From Chrysomallon squamiferum (lineage: Eukaryota; Animalia; Mollusca), in the NCBI GenBank assembly GCA_012295275.1, contig CM022676.1, forward strand, positions 18,724,001-18,788,000: 64,000 nucleotides of DNA, read 5' to 3'. Under the pieces are notes generated by a model. That model was not told the DNA's origin, did no database searches, and saw only the letters and a program-made list of their open reading frames with translations. A program made the translations under genes and the position numbers. Positions 20,104-33,858 of the stretch are shown here, piece by piece (the first letter of the stretch is position 1; every line of letters begins with the position of its first letter).

Positions 20104-20343
20104 GGCTCGTTGTGATGTCTCTGTATTCTGATGATGGACGCGTGGTTGCTGTTGTTGTTGTTGTTTTTTCTAATTTTTGGTTTTGTGTTTTTTCTTTCGT
20201 TCTTCTTTTTAAACTGGTCTGCATATACTGAGGCTGAAAAAAAAAAAAATAATAATCATCATCATAAAGAACGATGGAAATCATAAAAAGATACATATAT
20301 ATAAATTGGGACAGAGTGTAGGTTTATAGTATGTACCTTATAG

Positions 20344-20347
<4 letters not shown>

Positions 20348-20380
<33 letters not shown>

Positions 20381-20486
20381 GAGAGAGAGAGAGAGAGAGG
20401 GAGTTGAAGTTGAGATAGAAAGAACGATACGACAAAAGCAGAAAAAGCCGGAGAATAAATGTTCATTAGCGAAAAAACCTGCTGTA
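20348..20486 (-). repeat. Dispersed ~80-bp element plus (GA)n tail, copy 2 of an inverted pair
   Basis: (GA)n...gttgagatagaaagaacgatacgacaaaagcagaaaaagccggagaataaatgttcattagcgaaaaaacctgctgta. Confidence 0.85.
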
Positions 20487-21646
20487 CACACAAAGAAATA
20501 AACACATACACAGATACATACACTCATACACACATACACACACACACATACAAACATACACAGATACACACATACATACACACACATACATACATACAAG
20601 TTAATTATTCTAGAATACAAAGTTCATTTAAAGCTACTAATGTCAGTACGTACATAAACAATTAAATGATCTATTTTACCTTAGTTAAATTTGTCCTGAC
20701 AGATATTTTCTACAAAACAAACAAAACAAACCTACGTGAGCGATTTTTAACACGTTTTAGGCCTGGATACGTTTCTTTCTAAAGACTTGAAAACGAGGCT
20801 GAATATAAACTAGATGTATATCTCTGAATTAGTTTTAAAAAAAAACAAAAAAAACGCTGTTTAACTAGATAAGTTGTCCGTGTTTCAGCCTCGGACTGCA
20901 AGTTGAAAATCTCGATCTATTCCCGGCTTGGCTCAGACGTAGTTTTGTTCACATCAGAACAAACAGCAACATTTCCTCTGTTTGTTTTTATTTTTATCAA
21001 GCTGTGCGATGTTTTTGTTATTAATTTTTTTTTTTGTATGAATCGTCACATTTCACGTCCGCACACAGCGTAGAGCGCAACCTCATACGACGAAAGAATA
21101 CAAACACTTTGGTTTCTGCCCTGCCCCGTTTTCACCCAGTCACAGGAGAAGATTCAGAACGAGTCTGATCTGCACGTGCACAGATTCGCTTCAGTACAAT
21201 TTGTTCTTCTTCTTGTTTAAACTGAGCAGTCAGAATCAAGTATATTTATTGTAAAGTGTATTTTCTGCTCTTTAAAGTGCACAGTGAGATTATTCTGAAA
21301 CCACGTGGTCAGCAATGAACATCATCAATCTACAGTCCACGAACTCTCAGCTAAACTGTCATTCAGATCATCGTTAGGAAAATATAATGTTTTCTAGTGA
21401 TGATGATGATGATGATGATAATGATACGTGCACCAACAAAAAGAGCGGAAACAACAACAACAACAACAACAACAGCAGCCACAACAATAAAAATAACAAG
21501 AGCAAAACAACAGCAACGACAAAATTATAATAATAATCACAAGAACAACAGGTATGAGAATAAATAAAATAAAATAAATAAATACACGTACAAATATTTT
21601 CAAATCTTAATAAAATATGTTTTCTTAATAAAATATGTTTTCATAC

Positions 21647-21686
<40 letters not shown>

Positions 21687-21708
21687 GTAGTAGTAGTAGT
21701 ATTAATAA

Positions 21709-21764
<56 letters not shown>

Positions 21765-21782
21765 GTAGTAGTAGTATTAATA

Positions 21783-21832
<50 letters not shown>

Positions 21833-21856
21833 GTAATAATAATAATAATAATAATA

Positions 21857-21892
<36 letters not shown>

Positions 21893-22273
21893 TTTTATGT
21901 ATGATTTGTATATTACTACAAGTCAGGTTTCTCTATTTTGAAACTGAAGCACGTTAAGAAAAGAAAATACACGAATGTGACAAACTCATTTTCTTTCACA
22001 TTTTTTTTTTTTTGGTCAGTTTTCCAACGCGTGATACATGTGGACTCTCTCTCACAGACTGACAAGGTCACTTTCGTAACGCATCCTTGACCTCTGTCTG
22101 TATCTAAACCATGCCCTAGTTGTGTTTAGTGGTACACACAAACTTTTATAAGATAAGAATAAAATAAAACAAAACGAGAATAAATAATAAATAAATAAAT
22201 TTCATATTTTCGTTTCATGTGTGTGTGTGTGTTTTTTTTTTTAAAAACCCTACAAAATAAAGATATGCTTAAG

Positions 22274-22343
<70 letters not shown>

Positions 22344-22486
22344 GAATTTAGAATATATATGTAAGGGTGAGATGACAGACAGATTTCGAGTCACATACTA
22401 ACAGATAGAAAACAGGAGACAATTTGGCAGACGCTGATCAAAGTCACGGGATCAGCCTTAGTCACAGTGCAGTAAATTCACATAAC

Positions 22487-22668
22487 TGTCTGTGTGTGTG
22501 TGTGTGTGTGTGTCTGTGTGTGTGTGTGTGTGTCTATGTCTGTGTGTCTGTGTATATGTGTGTGTGTCTGTGTCTGTGTGTTTGTCTGTGTTTGTGTCTG
22601 TCTGTTTGTGTCTGTGTGTCTGTGTGTGTGTGTCTGTTGTCTGTGTGTATGTGTGTGTGTCTGTGTGT

Positions 22669-22722
<54 letters not shown>

Positions 22723-22751
22723 TGTGTGTGTCTGTGTGTGTGTGTGTGTGT

Positions 22752-22798
<47 letters not shown>

Positions 22799-22954
22799 TG
22801 TCTGTCTGTGTGTGTGTGTGTGTCTGTGTGTGTCTGTGTTTGTGTGTGTGTGTGTGTGTGGCTGTCTGTTGTGTGTCTCTGTGTGTGTGTTTGTCTGTCT
22901 GTGTGTGTATGTGTGTGTGTCTGTGTGTGTGTGTGTGTGTCTGTGTGTGTGTGT

Positions 22955-22991
<37 letters not shown>

Positions 22992-23035
22992 TGTGTGTGT
23001 CTGTGTATCTGTGTGTGTCTGTGTGTGTTTATGTC

Positions 23036-23081
<46 letters not shown>

Positions 23082-23266
23082 TGTATGTGTGTGTGTGTGT
23101 GTGTGTGTGTCTGTGCATGTGTGTATGTCTGTATGTGTGTGTGTGTGTGTGTGTGTCTGTGTGTGTGTGTATATCTGTGTGTGTTTGTGTGTGTGTGTGT
23201 GTGTCTGTAGTGTCTGTGTGTGTGTCTGTGTGTCTGTGTGTGTGTCTGTGTGTGTGTGTGTATGTG

Positions 23267-23301
<35 letters not shown>

Positions 23302-23355
23302 GTGTCTGTGTCTATGTGTGTCTGTCTGTGTGTGTCTTTGTGTGTGTGTCTGTGT

Positions 23356-23386
<31 letters not shown>

Positions 23387-23418
23387 CGTATGTGAGCGTG
23401 TGTGTGTGTGTGATGGTG

Positions 23419-23457
<39 letters not shown>
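22487..23457. repeat. Interrupted (TG)n tract of ~950 bp followed by (TA)n
   Basis: Directly visible. Confidence 0.95.
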
Positions 23458-23459
<2 letters not shown>

Positions 23460-23675
23460 TCGAGTCTCTAGAAATAGTGGCAAAATATGATGGCCTTTTG
23501 CATTGAAGTGTTACTATTATTTACATGTTATATACTCTTCGACGTTTTTTCTTTAGTTTGATGGTTTAGATCTGAAAAGACCTTTTTTGTAAATGAACAA
23601 TTAGCAAACAGATTAAGAGTATTTTGTTTTGATGTACTGTTTGTGTAGGCGACAAGAAATCACTTCGCGTGAATG

Positions 23676-23763
<88 letters not shown>

Positions 23764-24107
23764 ACACACACACAAACACACACAGACACACATACATACA
23801 CTTGAAACCTGAGAAAGAAAAGAGTTAATTTGCAGGATAAAAGAAATAACTGTCTTTATCAGTACTCAGGTTGTGTTTAGTAAAACCGTATTTAACTTAA
23901 AAACGTCCGTAATGAACACATACACAGATAGACTCAGATATACCTACACATACACAAAAAATCACGCACACGCATAAATAATAATAAAAAAATAAAAAGT
24001 ATATCTGATTTGATACGATAATTTTTCCTAGCATTATGCCTCAGAGATAATATTACCATGTTTTCTTTTCAAGAAGATCTTTCATTATTATTATATATTA
24101 TTATGAT

Positions 24108-24151
<44 letters not shown>

Positions 24152-24157
24152 ATTATT

Positions 24158-24203
<46 letters not shown>

Positions 24204-24405
24204 ATTGTTCTTCGTTCAAGGCAGATATCTAGGATGATTCATATGGCTGTAGTCAGTGGACTGATAATAAACTTCAAATGTTCTGAGAGTCGATTTAGGT
24301 TCTGGTTTTTCAAGTGATGTAACTATACAGGTTTTTTTCCGTGTATTTGAAAGTTTCAAATCGAGTATATCAGAAAAAAGAAAGCCTTGCATGTTATGAT
24401 TAAAT

Positions 24406-24546
24406 TTCAGCGCTATGAAACCAGCATTAATGTTTTGAGAAAACCCCAAAACTTCAGCGCTATGAAACCAGAATTAACGTTTTGAGAAAACCCCAAAACT
24501 TCAACGATATGAAACCAGAATTAATGTTTTGAGAAAACCCCGAAAC
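24406..24546. repeat. 47-bp tandem repeat x3
   Basis: ttcagcgctatgaaaccag(c/a)attaatgttttgagaaaaccccaaaac at 24406, 24453 and 24500. Confidence 0.9.
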
Positions 24547-24729
24547 ACGTCATCTTGTGCATGAAGCTAAATTAGACGCTAACAAAATATTACGTAATAT
24601 TCAAAACTCAGTTACGTAATATTCAGAGATTCAATACATCATAGATACACACGCCATTTGACATGCCAGTAACAGGAAGATATAATAAGAAGAAAATGAT
24701 AATTAAAATGAAGATAATGATGATGATGA

Positions 24730-24760
<31 letters not shown>

Positions 24761-25499
24761 TTTACAGTATCGCTATATTTTCATCAGGGCCATGACTGTC
24801 ATCATAGGTTTAATTTTCTTCTTGTTCTGTCTTTATAATGATGATTATGATAACGACATTAATAATGATAATAATAATAACAACAACAACAACAACAACA
24901 ACAACATCATCATCAACAACAAGAACAGCAACTAATAATCTTAACAATAACAATAATAAGTATGATAATAATGACAACGACATTACTAATATTAATAACG
25001 ACAAAGCGAAGAAAGGTCTTACTGTACGTTGAAAACTGCTGGTGCAGAATGAAGACAGGAAAGTTGAACGCAAAATCAGGTCGACTTTTCAAACCTCGCC
25101 TTTATCTCACACAAAGTCCAGTTAAACACAATAAATGTCACAAACAAAAATTCACACACGGATTAAGATTAACGTCAAAGATTAAGATTAACGCAAAGGC
25201 ACTGACGATTTGTCAGATTTGTTGCCTGCTTGTTTCAGATTATAAACGGGAGGGGAGAGAGATATGAATGTGAGGGCGTCTACAAATTAAAAAAAACGTG
25301 TACGACCCTGGGAAAAAGATGAAAGTACGGAACCAGTTTCACCGAGAAGGAGAAGGAGAAAGAAGACGAAATTAAATTAAATTTAGCTAAAACAGTAACA
25401 AATGTCGCCGTTGGAGAACAGTCACGTGATCTGTTTTGATTGATATCTGTTCTGCTGTTGAATTAACAAAGTATTCAGTTTATTGCATATATTATTATT

Positions 25500-25532
<33 letters not shown>

Positions 25533-25793
25533 GCTGTTGTTGCTGCTGCTGCTGCTGTATTTATACTGGTCTTTTTCTCAAATTGCAGATATTCAATGTA
25601 ACCCCACCGTACACTAACAGTATGTAGGTTACGTCATAATAATCACACGTCGAAACGCCCATTTCACTGCATTATGTAAACAAAACAAAAAATCTTCATA
25701 GAAATTCTGCTTTTATACGGATGGTCGTTCGGGACATAATTCTTAAAAGTATTAAAAGCTCCGATTGTGAATGCATTCAAATATTAAATATAA

Positions 25794-25899
<106 letters not shown>

Positions 25900-26339
25900 T
25901 AATAAATAAATAAACAAATACAATGGCAGATCTCTCTCTCTCTCTCTCCGACTTTCTGTAAATGTATATATGAAAGTACTGATTTTGACGAACAGACCAA
26001 ACACACAGAGTGTAGGACGCACAAACAGACAGACTAATTTGAGATACACATAACTCACAGACAGACAGACAGAAGTGTAAGAGTATCTATCATCAGTGAA
26101 AACATTCATTACCCGATTGATTCACACGTTTTCAGTCTTTACAAATATACTTTTGCAATTCTCGGGTTTTGGCCCGAACGGTCTGCCCGTACTATTTTAC
26201 ATAACGTTACGTGTAGATTTTTGCGACAGACAAATTTTGGCTCGTATTTGGACTCGCGCCTTCGCGTGCTGTCTGAACACAGGTGTTGTCTGAACACAGG
26301 TGCTAACTGAGAATGAAGACTGTTAAAACAGACAAACAA

Positions 26340-26450
26340 ACTTACCTGACCGGTGACAGCGCGCGGCTCACAAACAAAACAAACTCGATCAGCTCAGCTG
26401 CACAGAACCACACCTGCGTACAGATAACCAAGAAACAAGGGACGTAACTG
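26340..26450 (-). promoter_or_regulatory. Candidate promoter and non-coding first exon of methyltransferase B
   Basis: Perfect donor CAG|GTAAGT at 26348-26340 at the edge of a CpG-rich patch (gcgcgcgg); a matching acceptor (T)n-cag| lies at 20236-20234. The pairing is inferred. Confidence 0.4.
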
Positions 26451-27124
26451 TGTGGAGGAGTTATTGTGTACCGTGTTTGTAGAGTTTTCTATCCCTTTTA
26501 GTATATATTTGTCTTCTGAAATTATTTTAATTTATTTGTTTTATTTTATTTTTTTATTTTAATTTATCTATTTATCTGTGTGTCTGGAATTGTTCTACAG
26601 TTTTCCCCTAAAAAAAAAAAAAAAAAAAAAAAAAGTAAAGTAAAAAAAAAATAAATAAAAAAATAAATAAAATATATAAAATAAAATAAATTAAAATCTA
26701 CGTTATTTTATTGTCAACACGGTTTGAACCTTGTCCCCAGGTCATTCTGCCAGACAAAAGTCGTGACACCTATTGTTCGGGAGGCGTCAATTAATCCCGC
26801 TTGTGACGTCACGCCTTTAACCTCTCACCCCCCACCCCCCTGCGCCGGGCAATTTATTACTTTTTGTGGATTCGGCAGAATGAATCAACGAACTTGACAG
26901 AAGTTACACATTACAGGCTGAAGTTAAAACGTTCTTCCTCACAGTACATACGTTATCGCCATCCTTTGTTACAGTGAAGTACAACATTACAACAGCGAGT
27001 CACTTTAATCTGTATTCATTTGAGTGTGTTTATAGATGTTCCTCTCTGTGTTTGTCTTGTTTATTGTTCACTTGTCCAGATATAATGATGTTTGATACAA
27101 GTATACATGTGAATGGGTAGCTAT

Positions 27125-27210
<86 letters not shown>

Positions 27211-27772
27211 AGTATCTATATATGTATTTAGACAGATAGACAGGTAGACAGACAGCAGGATTGACAGAGAGACAGAGAGACAGAGAGACAGAAAGAAAAG
27301 TGTAAGTGAAAAGATGAAAGTGAATTAAAGTTTGTTTTTTTTTCATTTATTAACGCCAACACTTTTCTACATATTTATTTGTTAACAGTGAAATCAGTCT
27401 GACAAATAAACAGTTTTATGATGTCAGACAGAAGAAGGATGAACTAACATAACCTCCAGTATTTAAGAAAATGAAAAAGAATTTTAAAAAAAAGGAAAGA
27501 AGAAGAAATGAAGACGCTCAGGAAAAAAAAAAAAAAAAAAAAAAGAAGAAATAAAGAAGAAGAAAGAAAGAGAGTGAAGGAAGAAAGAACGAATGAAGGT
27601 AATGTCTGTCTGTACAGCACCCCGCGCTCCACACTTGGCGCTGTGTTTAAGAATGAGTCGAGGAAAGAAAAAGGACAAACGAGAGAAATAAAAACGAGAA
27701 CAACGAAGTATTGAGAAAGTTCTCTCTTCAACAAGCGTTTATTTCCGCGTCGTCTCAAAACAAAATGTCTCG

Positions 27773-28108
27773 TCACTTTCCGTACCGGAGCAGATTTTCT
27801 ATTCCCGATTCACCCTCGGACACTTCCGCGAGGTTGGAGGCGGGCACCTCGACGTATCCGTGCGACGGCACCCACACCCACATCGAACTACTGTCCCGCT
27901 TGCTCGCCAGCGACTTCAGATACGGCACAAACTCCCCTTTGCTGAGCGCGGGCCCCACCAGCCCTCCTCCCCCCATAGACCGCTTCTTGAGCAGGTGGTC
28001 GAGCGAGCCCGTCGCGTCTGACTTGGTTGCTAGGCGACGGCTGAAGGTCATTGTTGACAGTCCGCACACGAAGATGACGAGAAGTAGAATATGACTGGGT
28101 GTGGTCAT
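27773..28108 (-). CDS. Neuropeptide precursor, NKY/LFRYamide-type (predicted 38-aa ...LLRY-amide)
   Basis: 111-aa ORF: signal peptide MTTPSHILLLVIFVCGLSTMTFS, cleavage sites KKR and KR, C-terminal DSSSMWVWVPSHGYVEVPASNLAEVSEGESGIENLLRY-GK* (Gly amidation signal). The W-x-P-x-x-G-Y motif plus RYamide recalls lophotrochozoan NKY/LFRYamide peptides. Acceptor tttcag|AAACATG at 28115-28113. Confidence 0.9.
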   Translation of the reverse strand: MTTPSHILLLVIFVCGLSTMTFSRRLATKSDATGSLDHLLKKRSMGGGGLVGPALSKGEFVPYLKSLASKRDSSSMWVWVPSHGYVEVPASNLAEVSEGESGIENLLRYGK

Positions 28109-28118
28109 GTTTCTGAAA

Positions 28119-28149
<31 letters not shown>

Positions 28150-28248
28150 ACTAACAAATTAATAAACTTACAGATAGATAAATAAACAAACTGTCTAAAA
28201 GCTCTTTCAGTTTTGCTGTCAGTTCTCTTTCTGTCTCTCTGTATGTTT

Positions 28249-28320
<72 letters not shown>

Positions 28321-29780
28321 CTCTGTTTCTCAGTACATTTAGACATACACAAGATTTTTATAATTGTTTTTCATCTTCTTAACAAACTGATTATTCGTAA
28401 ATTATTTAAAATTCTGTTTTCTTTCACTAATTAGCGGCTGAATGAACAAGAAGACGTCACAGCTGAAAGCGCGGGAGTTATAGATTTTACTCCTAATCGC
28501 CTCACTTTCTCTTAGCCCCATCCGAAAACTAGTTCTAGCTGCAAGTTGATGATTTAATTGAAATGGTTTTCTTTAATTGAATTTACCTTGCTTTAATTGT
28601 CTTTAATTGATAATATGTTGGTTTAATTGCGTTTAGGTTGGTTTAAAATTAGCTCGGTTCAATTTCAATTAATTTTAATTTGCTTTAATTAAGTTCAGTT
28701 TAATTGATATCTAATTTTTTAATTCTTTCTTTTGTCATCAGATTCGCTAAAGTTTCTTTCTTCCCTCTTTCTTTCTTTCTTTTTAATCTCTCTCTTGTTT
28801 TTCTCTCTCTCTCCCTTCCTATCTTTCTCTCTTCATCTTTATTTTGTCTTTCTCTGTCTCCTTCTTTCTCTTTTATTATAATGATTATCAGGTGCTTTTT
28901 ACTTTTAAATTTTTTTTTAAATTATTAAGTAGCTTTTCTAAACGAGTTTATGAAAATTCTTTTAGAATTACTACATAATAATTATTACAAAGAGTAATTA
29001 AAATTCACTCGCACTCTATCAGTGAAATCAACATTTAATTAATATTATTATATAAATATTGGTAATTATCCGATGCTTATTAGCCAATAATTGACCTTTT
29101 TAAATTTGAAAAAAAAAAAAAAAAAAAAAAAGAAAGAAAAAAAGACAAAAATGAAAATAAAACAAAGCTTAAATCCTGTTAAGTTAATCCGCTTGTTAAA
29201 ATTAAAAATAGAAACTAAAATTTACCTACAGACCTAATGGCTGAGATGTGTGACGCTGTAATCCGGGTTGTAGCTAATCAAACAGAAAATGGTTTTAAAG
29301 TTTGACATTAGCGAAGATTTAATCAGGCTTAGTTTGAAATTTTCGTTTTCTCTGACACAAAACACGCGATTCCAAAACAATCAATTTTCTTCTTGTTGTG
29401 AAAACTTTTGCTTGCAATCTACTAAATTCAGACCTTATCAAGCAAATTTAATTAGTAAATTCCGTCGTTTTGAAGTAATTTTATCACAAAAAAAATATTA
29501 CGATTTAAAAGAAAGCAAATTGTCAAAGACGATTATTAAAAAGGTTAATAGGAAATTCAGCATTTAACAGTGATAGTGACGTCATAACAACTCTTACGTA
29601 ACAAAATAAGTTTAATCTTCTTTGTTTGGTTTTAATATTTTTTCTCTCATTTTTTAATTAAATTTCTAATTTGATTTAGAAGTTTTAAAACGATTTGTTT
29701 ACAGTTTTCTTTTTCATAAATTAATTGTAAATTTGAATTGATTGTAATTACTTGACTACAAACATCTTTCTCTATCTACG

Positions 29781-29829
<49 letters not shown>

Positions 29830-30056
29830 GTCTGTCTATCTATCTGTCTCTATTTGTCTATCTATCTATCTATCTATCTATATATGTATCTATGTATCTA
29901 TCTATCTATCTATATATATATGTATCTATATATCTATCTATCTATCTATATCTATCTATCTACCTACCTTTCTATCTATTTATCTGTCTGTATGTCTCTA
30001 TCTATATATGTATCTATATCTATCTATCTATATATATATATATATATCTATCTATA

Positions 30057-30087
<31 letters not shown>

Positions 30088-30235
30088 ATGTCTATCTGTC
30101 TATCTCTATATATCTTTCTATCTATCTCTCTGTCTGTCTCTCTGTCTGTTATTCCACCTATCTCTGTGTTCGTCTATTTTGTTCATTCTCTTATTTGTTC
30201 TTTTATTTATTCCTTAACTCTTTCATTCCTTTCTT

Positions 30236-30340
30236 GATGGATTCATCGTCTACTCTCATTCATTTATTCACTCTGTCACTCATTCATTCTTTTACTCTCT
30301 CATTCTGTTCATTCATTCATTCATTCATTCATTGAACTAC
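30236..30340 (+). repeat. Dispersed ~105-bp (TTCA)-rich element, copy 1
   Basis: gatggattcatcgt(c/g)tactctcattcatttattcactctgtcactcattc...aactac also occurs at 33755-33858. Confidence 0.8.
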
Positions 30341-30771
30341 GACATCAAACAATTATCATAACTAACATACACTTGAGTTGAGATTATCAAAAACTTTACA
30401 ATGTTTATCTTAACATCATCAATAAATTTTCTTTACTTTTATTTCAAACAATTGTTAATTTCGATAAGTACAAAACAAATTTAGTACAAATATTAGCTGA
30501 AGCTGAGTGTTTGCACGGTATGTAACTGCACAGAACAAATATTGAATTTTCTTAAACAAATTTCATAGCGTGTAAAATTTACATCAGTTCTCTCGTCACC
30601 CGTTTTGACTCGGCTAGAAGTGTACTTTAACAACAACAACAACAACGACTACAACTACTACTACTACAACAACAACAACAATAATAATAAAAATAATAAT
30701 AATAAAAAATAATAATAATAATAATAATAATAAGAATAATAATAGTAATAATAGGAATAATAATAATGATG

Positions 30772-30807
<36 letters not shown>

Positions 30808-30822
30808 TTGATAATAATAATG

Positions 30823-30856
<34 letters not shown>

Positions 30857-31510
30857 AAATAATAATAGTAATAATGATGATGATGATAATGATAATGTAA
30901 TAATAGTAATCGTGATGATGATGACGGTAGTTATAGTAGTGGTGGTATTTGTAGTAATAATAAACCTTTAAAAACTGCACTAACGAGTGAACAGTGCTCT
31001 TCAACACTTAAATCAGTTTTTCAGTACAAGAAAAAGATTCGTAATATTTATATAAATTAATTTAAAACATTAATTTAAAACGGATTTAAAAGTTTCATAC
31101 AAACAATGCATTTCCTATTCGTCACGTGATACATCCTGAAACATCTTAATTTATTTTCGTTTGTTTGTTTCGTAGGCTGACTGATTATACACAACGAGAA
31201 TATTTACAAAGACAAACCACTTGGCAAAACAACAGATACAGTTAATTAGTTCACAGGTAAACTCACAGGTAGGAAATTACCTGTAATTATCTTTCGACCA
31301 CCGGTCAAACTAATTAGAAACGAAGGTGAATTATTTATTTTTTACTTTTCTTACATCAGGGAAGAAAGATACTTTTATTTTCTTTCAAATTTAGGTGTTT
31401 TTTTTTTTTTTTTTTGCATCTTCTTTTTCATCTTCAAAAAAGGTTTATAGAACTTTATTTGACTTTTAGTTTTTAGTTAAGATAGATTTATAGATAGAAG
31501 TAAATAAATA

Positions 31511-31599
<89 letters not shown>

Positions 31600-32109
31600 G
31601 CACCGATTTCAGTCAGCGTTTTGCTGTCGGCAGCTGTTGTCATGACAACTAAAATCAACACACTTCAGTAAGTTACATACCGAGACAATGCTTGTGTTTA
31701 TCTTCCTTCTGAAAACACGTGCTTAAATATATCTATAATTACATCACAGCGTCACAATAGCCACCATCCGGGTAAGTAACATTTCACAGCAATCAAACCT
31801 TCCATTAGGAAATTGATCGTATTCACTGAAATAACTTTCACTGACATAAATGTAGAAATATTTTCCCCGTAAATTAAAAGTCTCTTAGAGACATAATTAC
31901 TTTGATGTCAAGCAGTGAATAGAAAAATTGACGTGAAATTTATTTAAACTCATTAACACTGTTTTCAAAAGTTAACCTTCAGATATTAGAATAGAAACAG
32001 TTCATGCGACATGTGTGGTTGTTTTCACACTGAAACAAGAATTAGAATTTGCGTTTTCTGTCTGCACAGGAAATCAAACCATTCCACTAGCTTCAGTAAC
32101 ATTTAACAG

Positions 32110-32197
<88 letters not shown>

Positions 32198-33497
32198 TGT
32201 GTGTGTGTGTGTGTGTGTTTGTGTGGGTGTGTGTATATATGTATGTGTGTGTGTGTATGTGTATCTGTAAATGTATGTGTGTATATATATATATATATAT
32301 TGGTTAACTTAAGTCTAGGAAAAAGTTATGTGATTGCTTTTCTTACTTAAATTTTATTTTTTAATTTCATTTTTTGTTCTTTATCATTTTTTTATTTTTT
32401 TATAACAAGAAAAACACATTCTTTTTCTTTCTCTAAATTGTCTGTTATGTTAATATTTTTTCTTCTAGAACATGATCGTTATGGAAACGCTAATATCTGA
32501 AAAACTCTTTAAGTACACAAATTAAACGATGTTAACATTGTCAGTGTATTAATCGTTTTTGTTGTCCGAGTTTGTTTTTTCTTCGTAATGATGTGTTCTG
32601 ATTGATGTACGTGACTGAACGTTGTATTGTATTTTACGTGGGTGTGGGTGTGGGTGTGGTTCGGCATACGAGGGTAAGCTTAGTGTGAGTGAGTACATTT
32701 TATGTAAGTAGATAATTGTAGGTGGGTACGTTTGATGCAGGTGTGAAATTTTTATGCAGTTGTGAAACTTTGAGGTAATCGTGAAACTGACGTAATTGGG
32801 TAAGTTTGACGAAGTTTGAGGTAATTGTGAAATGTTGATGTAATTTTGAAAGTTTGACGTAATTGGGTAAGTTTGACGTAACTGGATATATTTGATGTTT
32901 TTTGAAAAAATATAAAAGTTAATAAGAAAAACGTGCTTAAAGGAAAAAAGAAAAAGAAAAAAGACTCTATACTTAAATTATGTTTCGGTTTCTTAGTCAA
33001 TTCTAAAACAATCATCTCTTTATGATTATGATTATTATTTTTACTTATTTTTTTGTCGGATACCTGGAACTGTAAGTATATATATATAGATATATATATA
33101 TGTGTTATGTACGTCTGAATAGACTCACAAAAGCGCTCTAAGCTGACTAGACTGAAACTGAAAAAAGAAAAGAAATTAACGTGCCAGTGAGAGCAAGCTG
33201 TTGTGAACCACGTCTACGACGGGCACGCTTTCTCACAGGTTGACTAGACTTCTCTCTCTGAACACAAATACCACGCACACTTAACACAATAAATAAAACA
33301 ACAAAATAATTTAACAATACACGATAATACATAACACAAATAGTACATTCGGTTATAATTAAAACAGTTGAATGAAACAAGACAAATAAACTAATTGAAC
33401 GAAATAAAGAAGAAAAAATGAAAAGTATTTTAATTCTTTTCGTTAAATGTGACATAAATAATTAATAACGTAATTAAGAAACTAAGAGGATGAAAAT

Positions 33498-33532
<35 letters not shown>

Positions 33533-33631
33533 TTGTTTTGTTTTTATTTGCAACAAACAAGGAAATGCCAAACTGAGGAGAACAGATTTTTTTTTTTTTA
33601 ATCATTTGAAATTATCAAATCTGCTGTGCTT

Positions 33632-33666
<35 letters not shown>

Positions 33667-33754
33667 TATATTTATTTATTTATCTATTTATTAGAATTTG
33701 ATTTGTTTATTTATATATTTATATTTTATTTTAATATAAAAACTTTCCATTCCT

Positions 33755-33858
33755 GATGGATTCATCGTGTACTCTCATTCATTTATTCACTCTGTCACTC
33801 ATTCATTCTTTTACTCGCTCATTCATCTGTTCATTCATTCATTCATTCATTCAACTAC
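33755..33858 (+). repeat. Dispersed ~105-bp (TTCA)-rich element, copy 2
   Basis: Direct repeat of 30236-30340. Confidence 0.8.

Noticed and set aside
22424-23490. Long ORFs of 238-341 aa (CV/HT repeats)
   Set aside because: Translations of a (TG)n microsatellite.
27711-28094. 127-aa plus-strand ORF antisense to the neuropeptide
   Set aside because: Shadow ORF of GC-rich coding sequence, with no independent features.
30236-33858. Direct repeats 3.5 kb apart as LTRs of a retroelement
   Set aside because: The repeats are short and microsatellite-derived, without TG...CA ends, and the interval has no gag/pol remnants.
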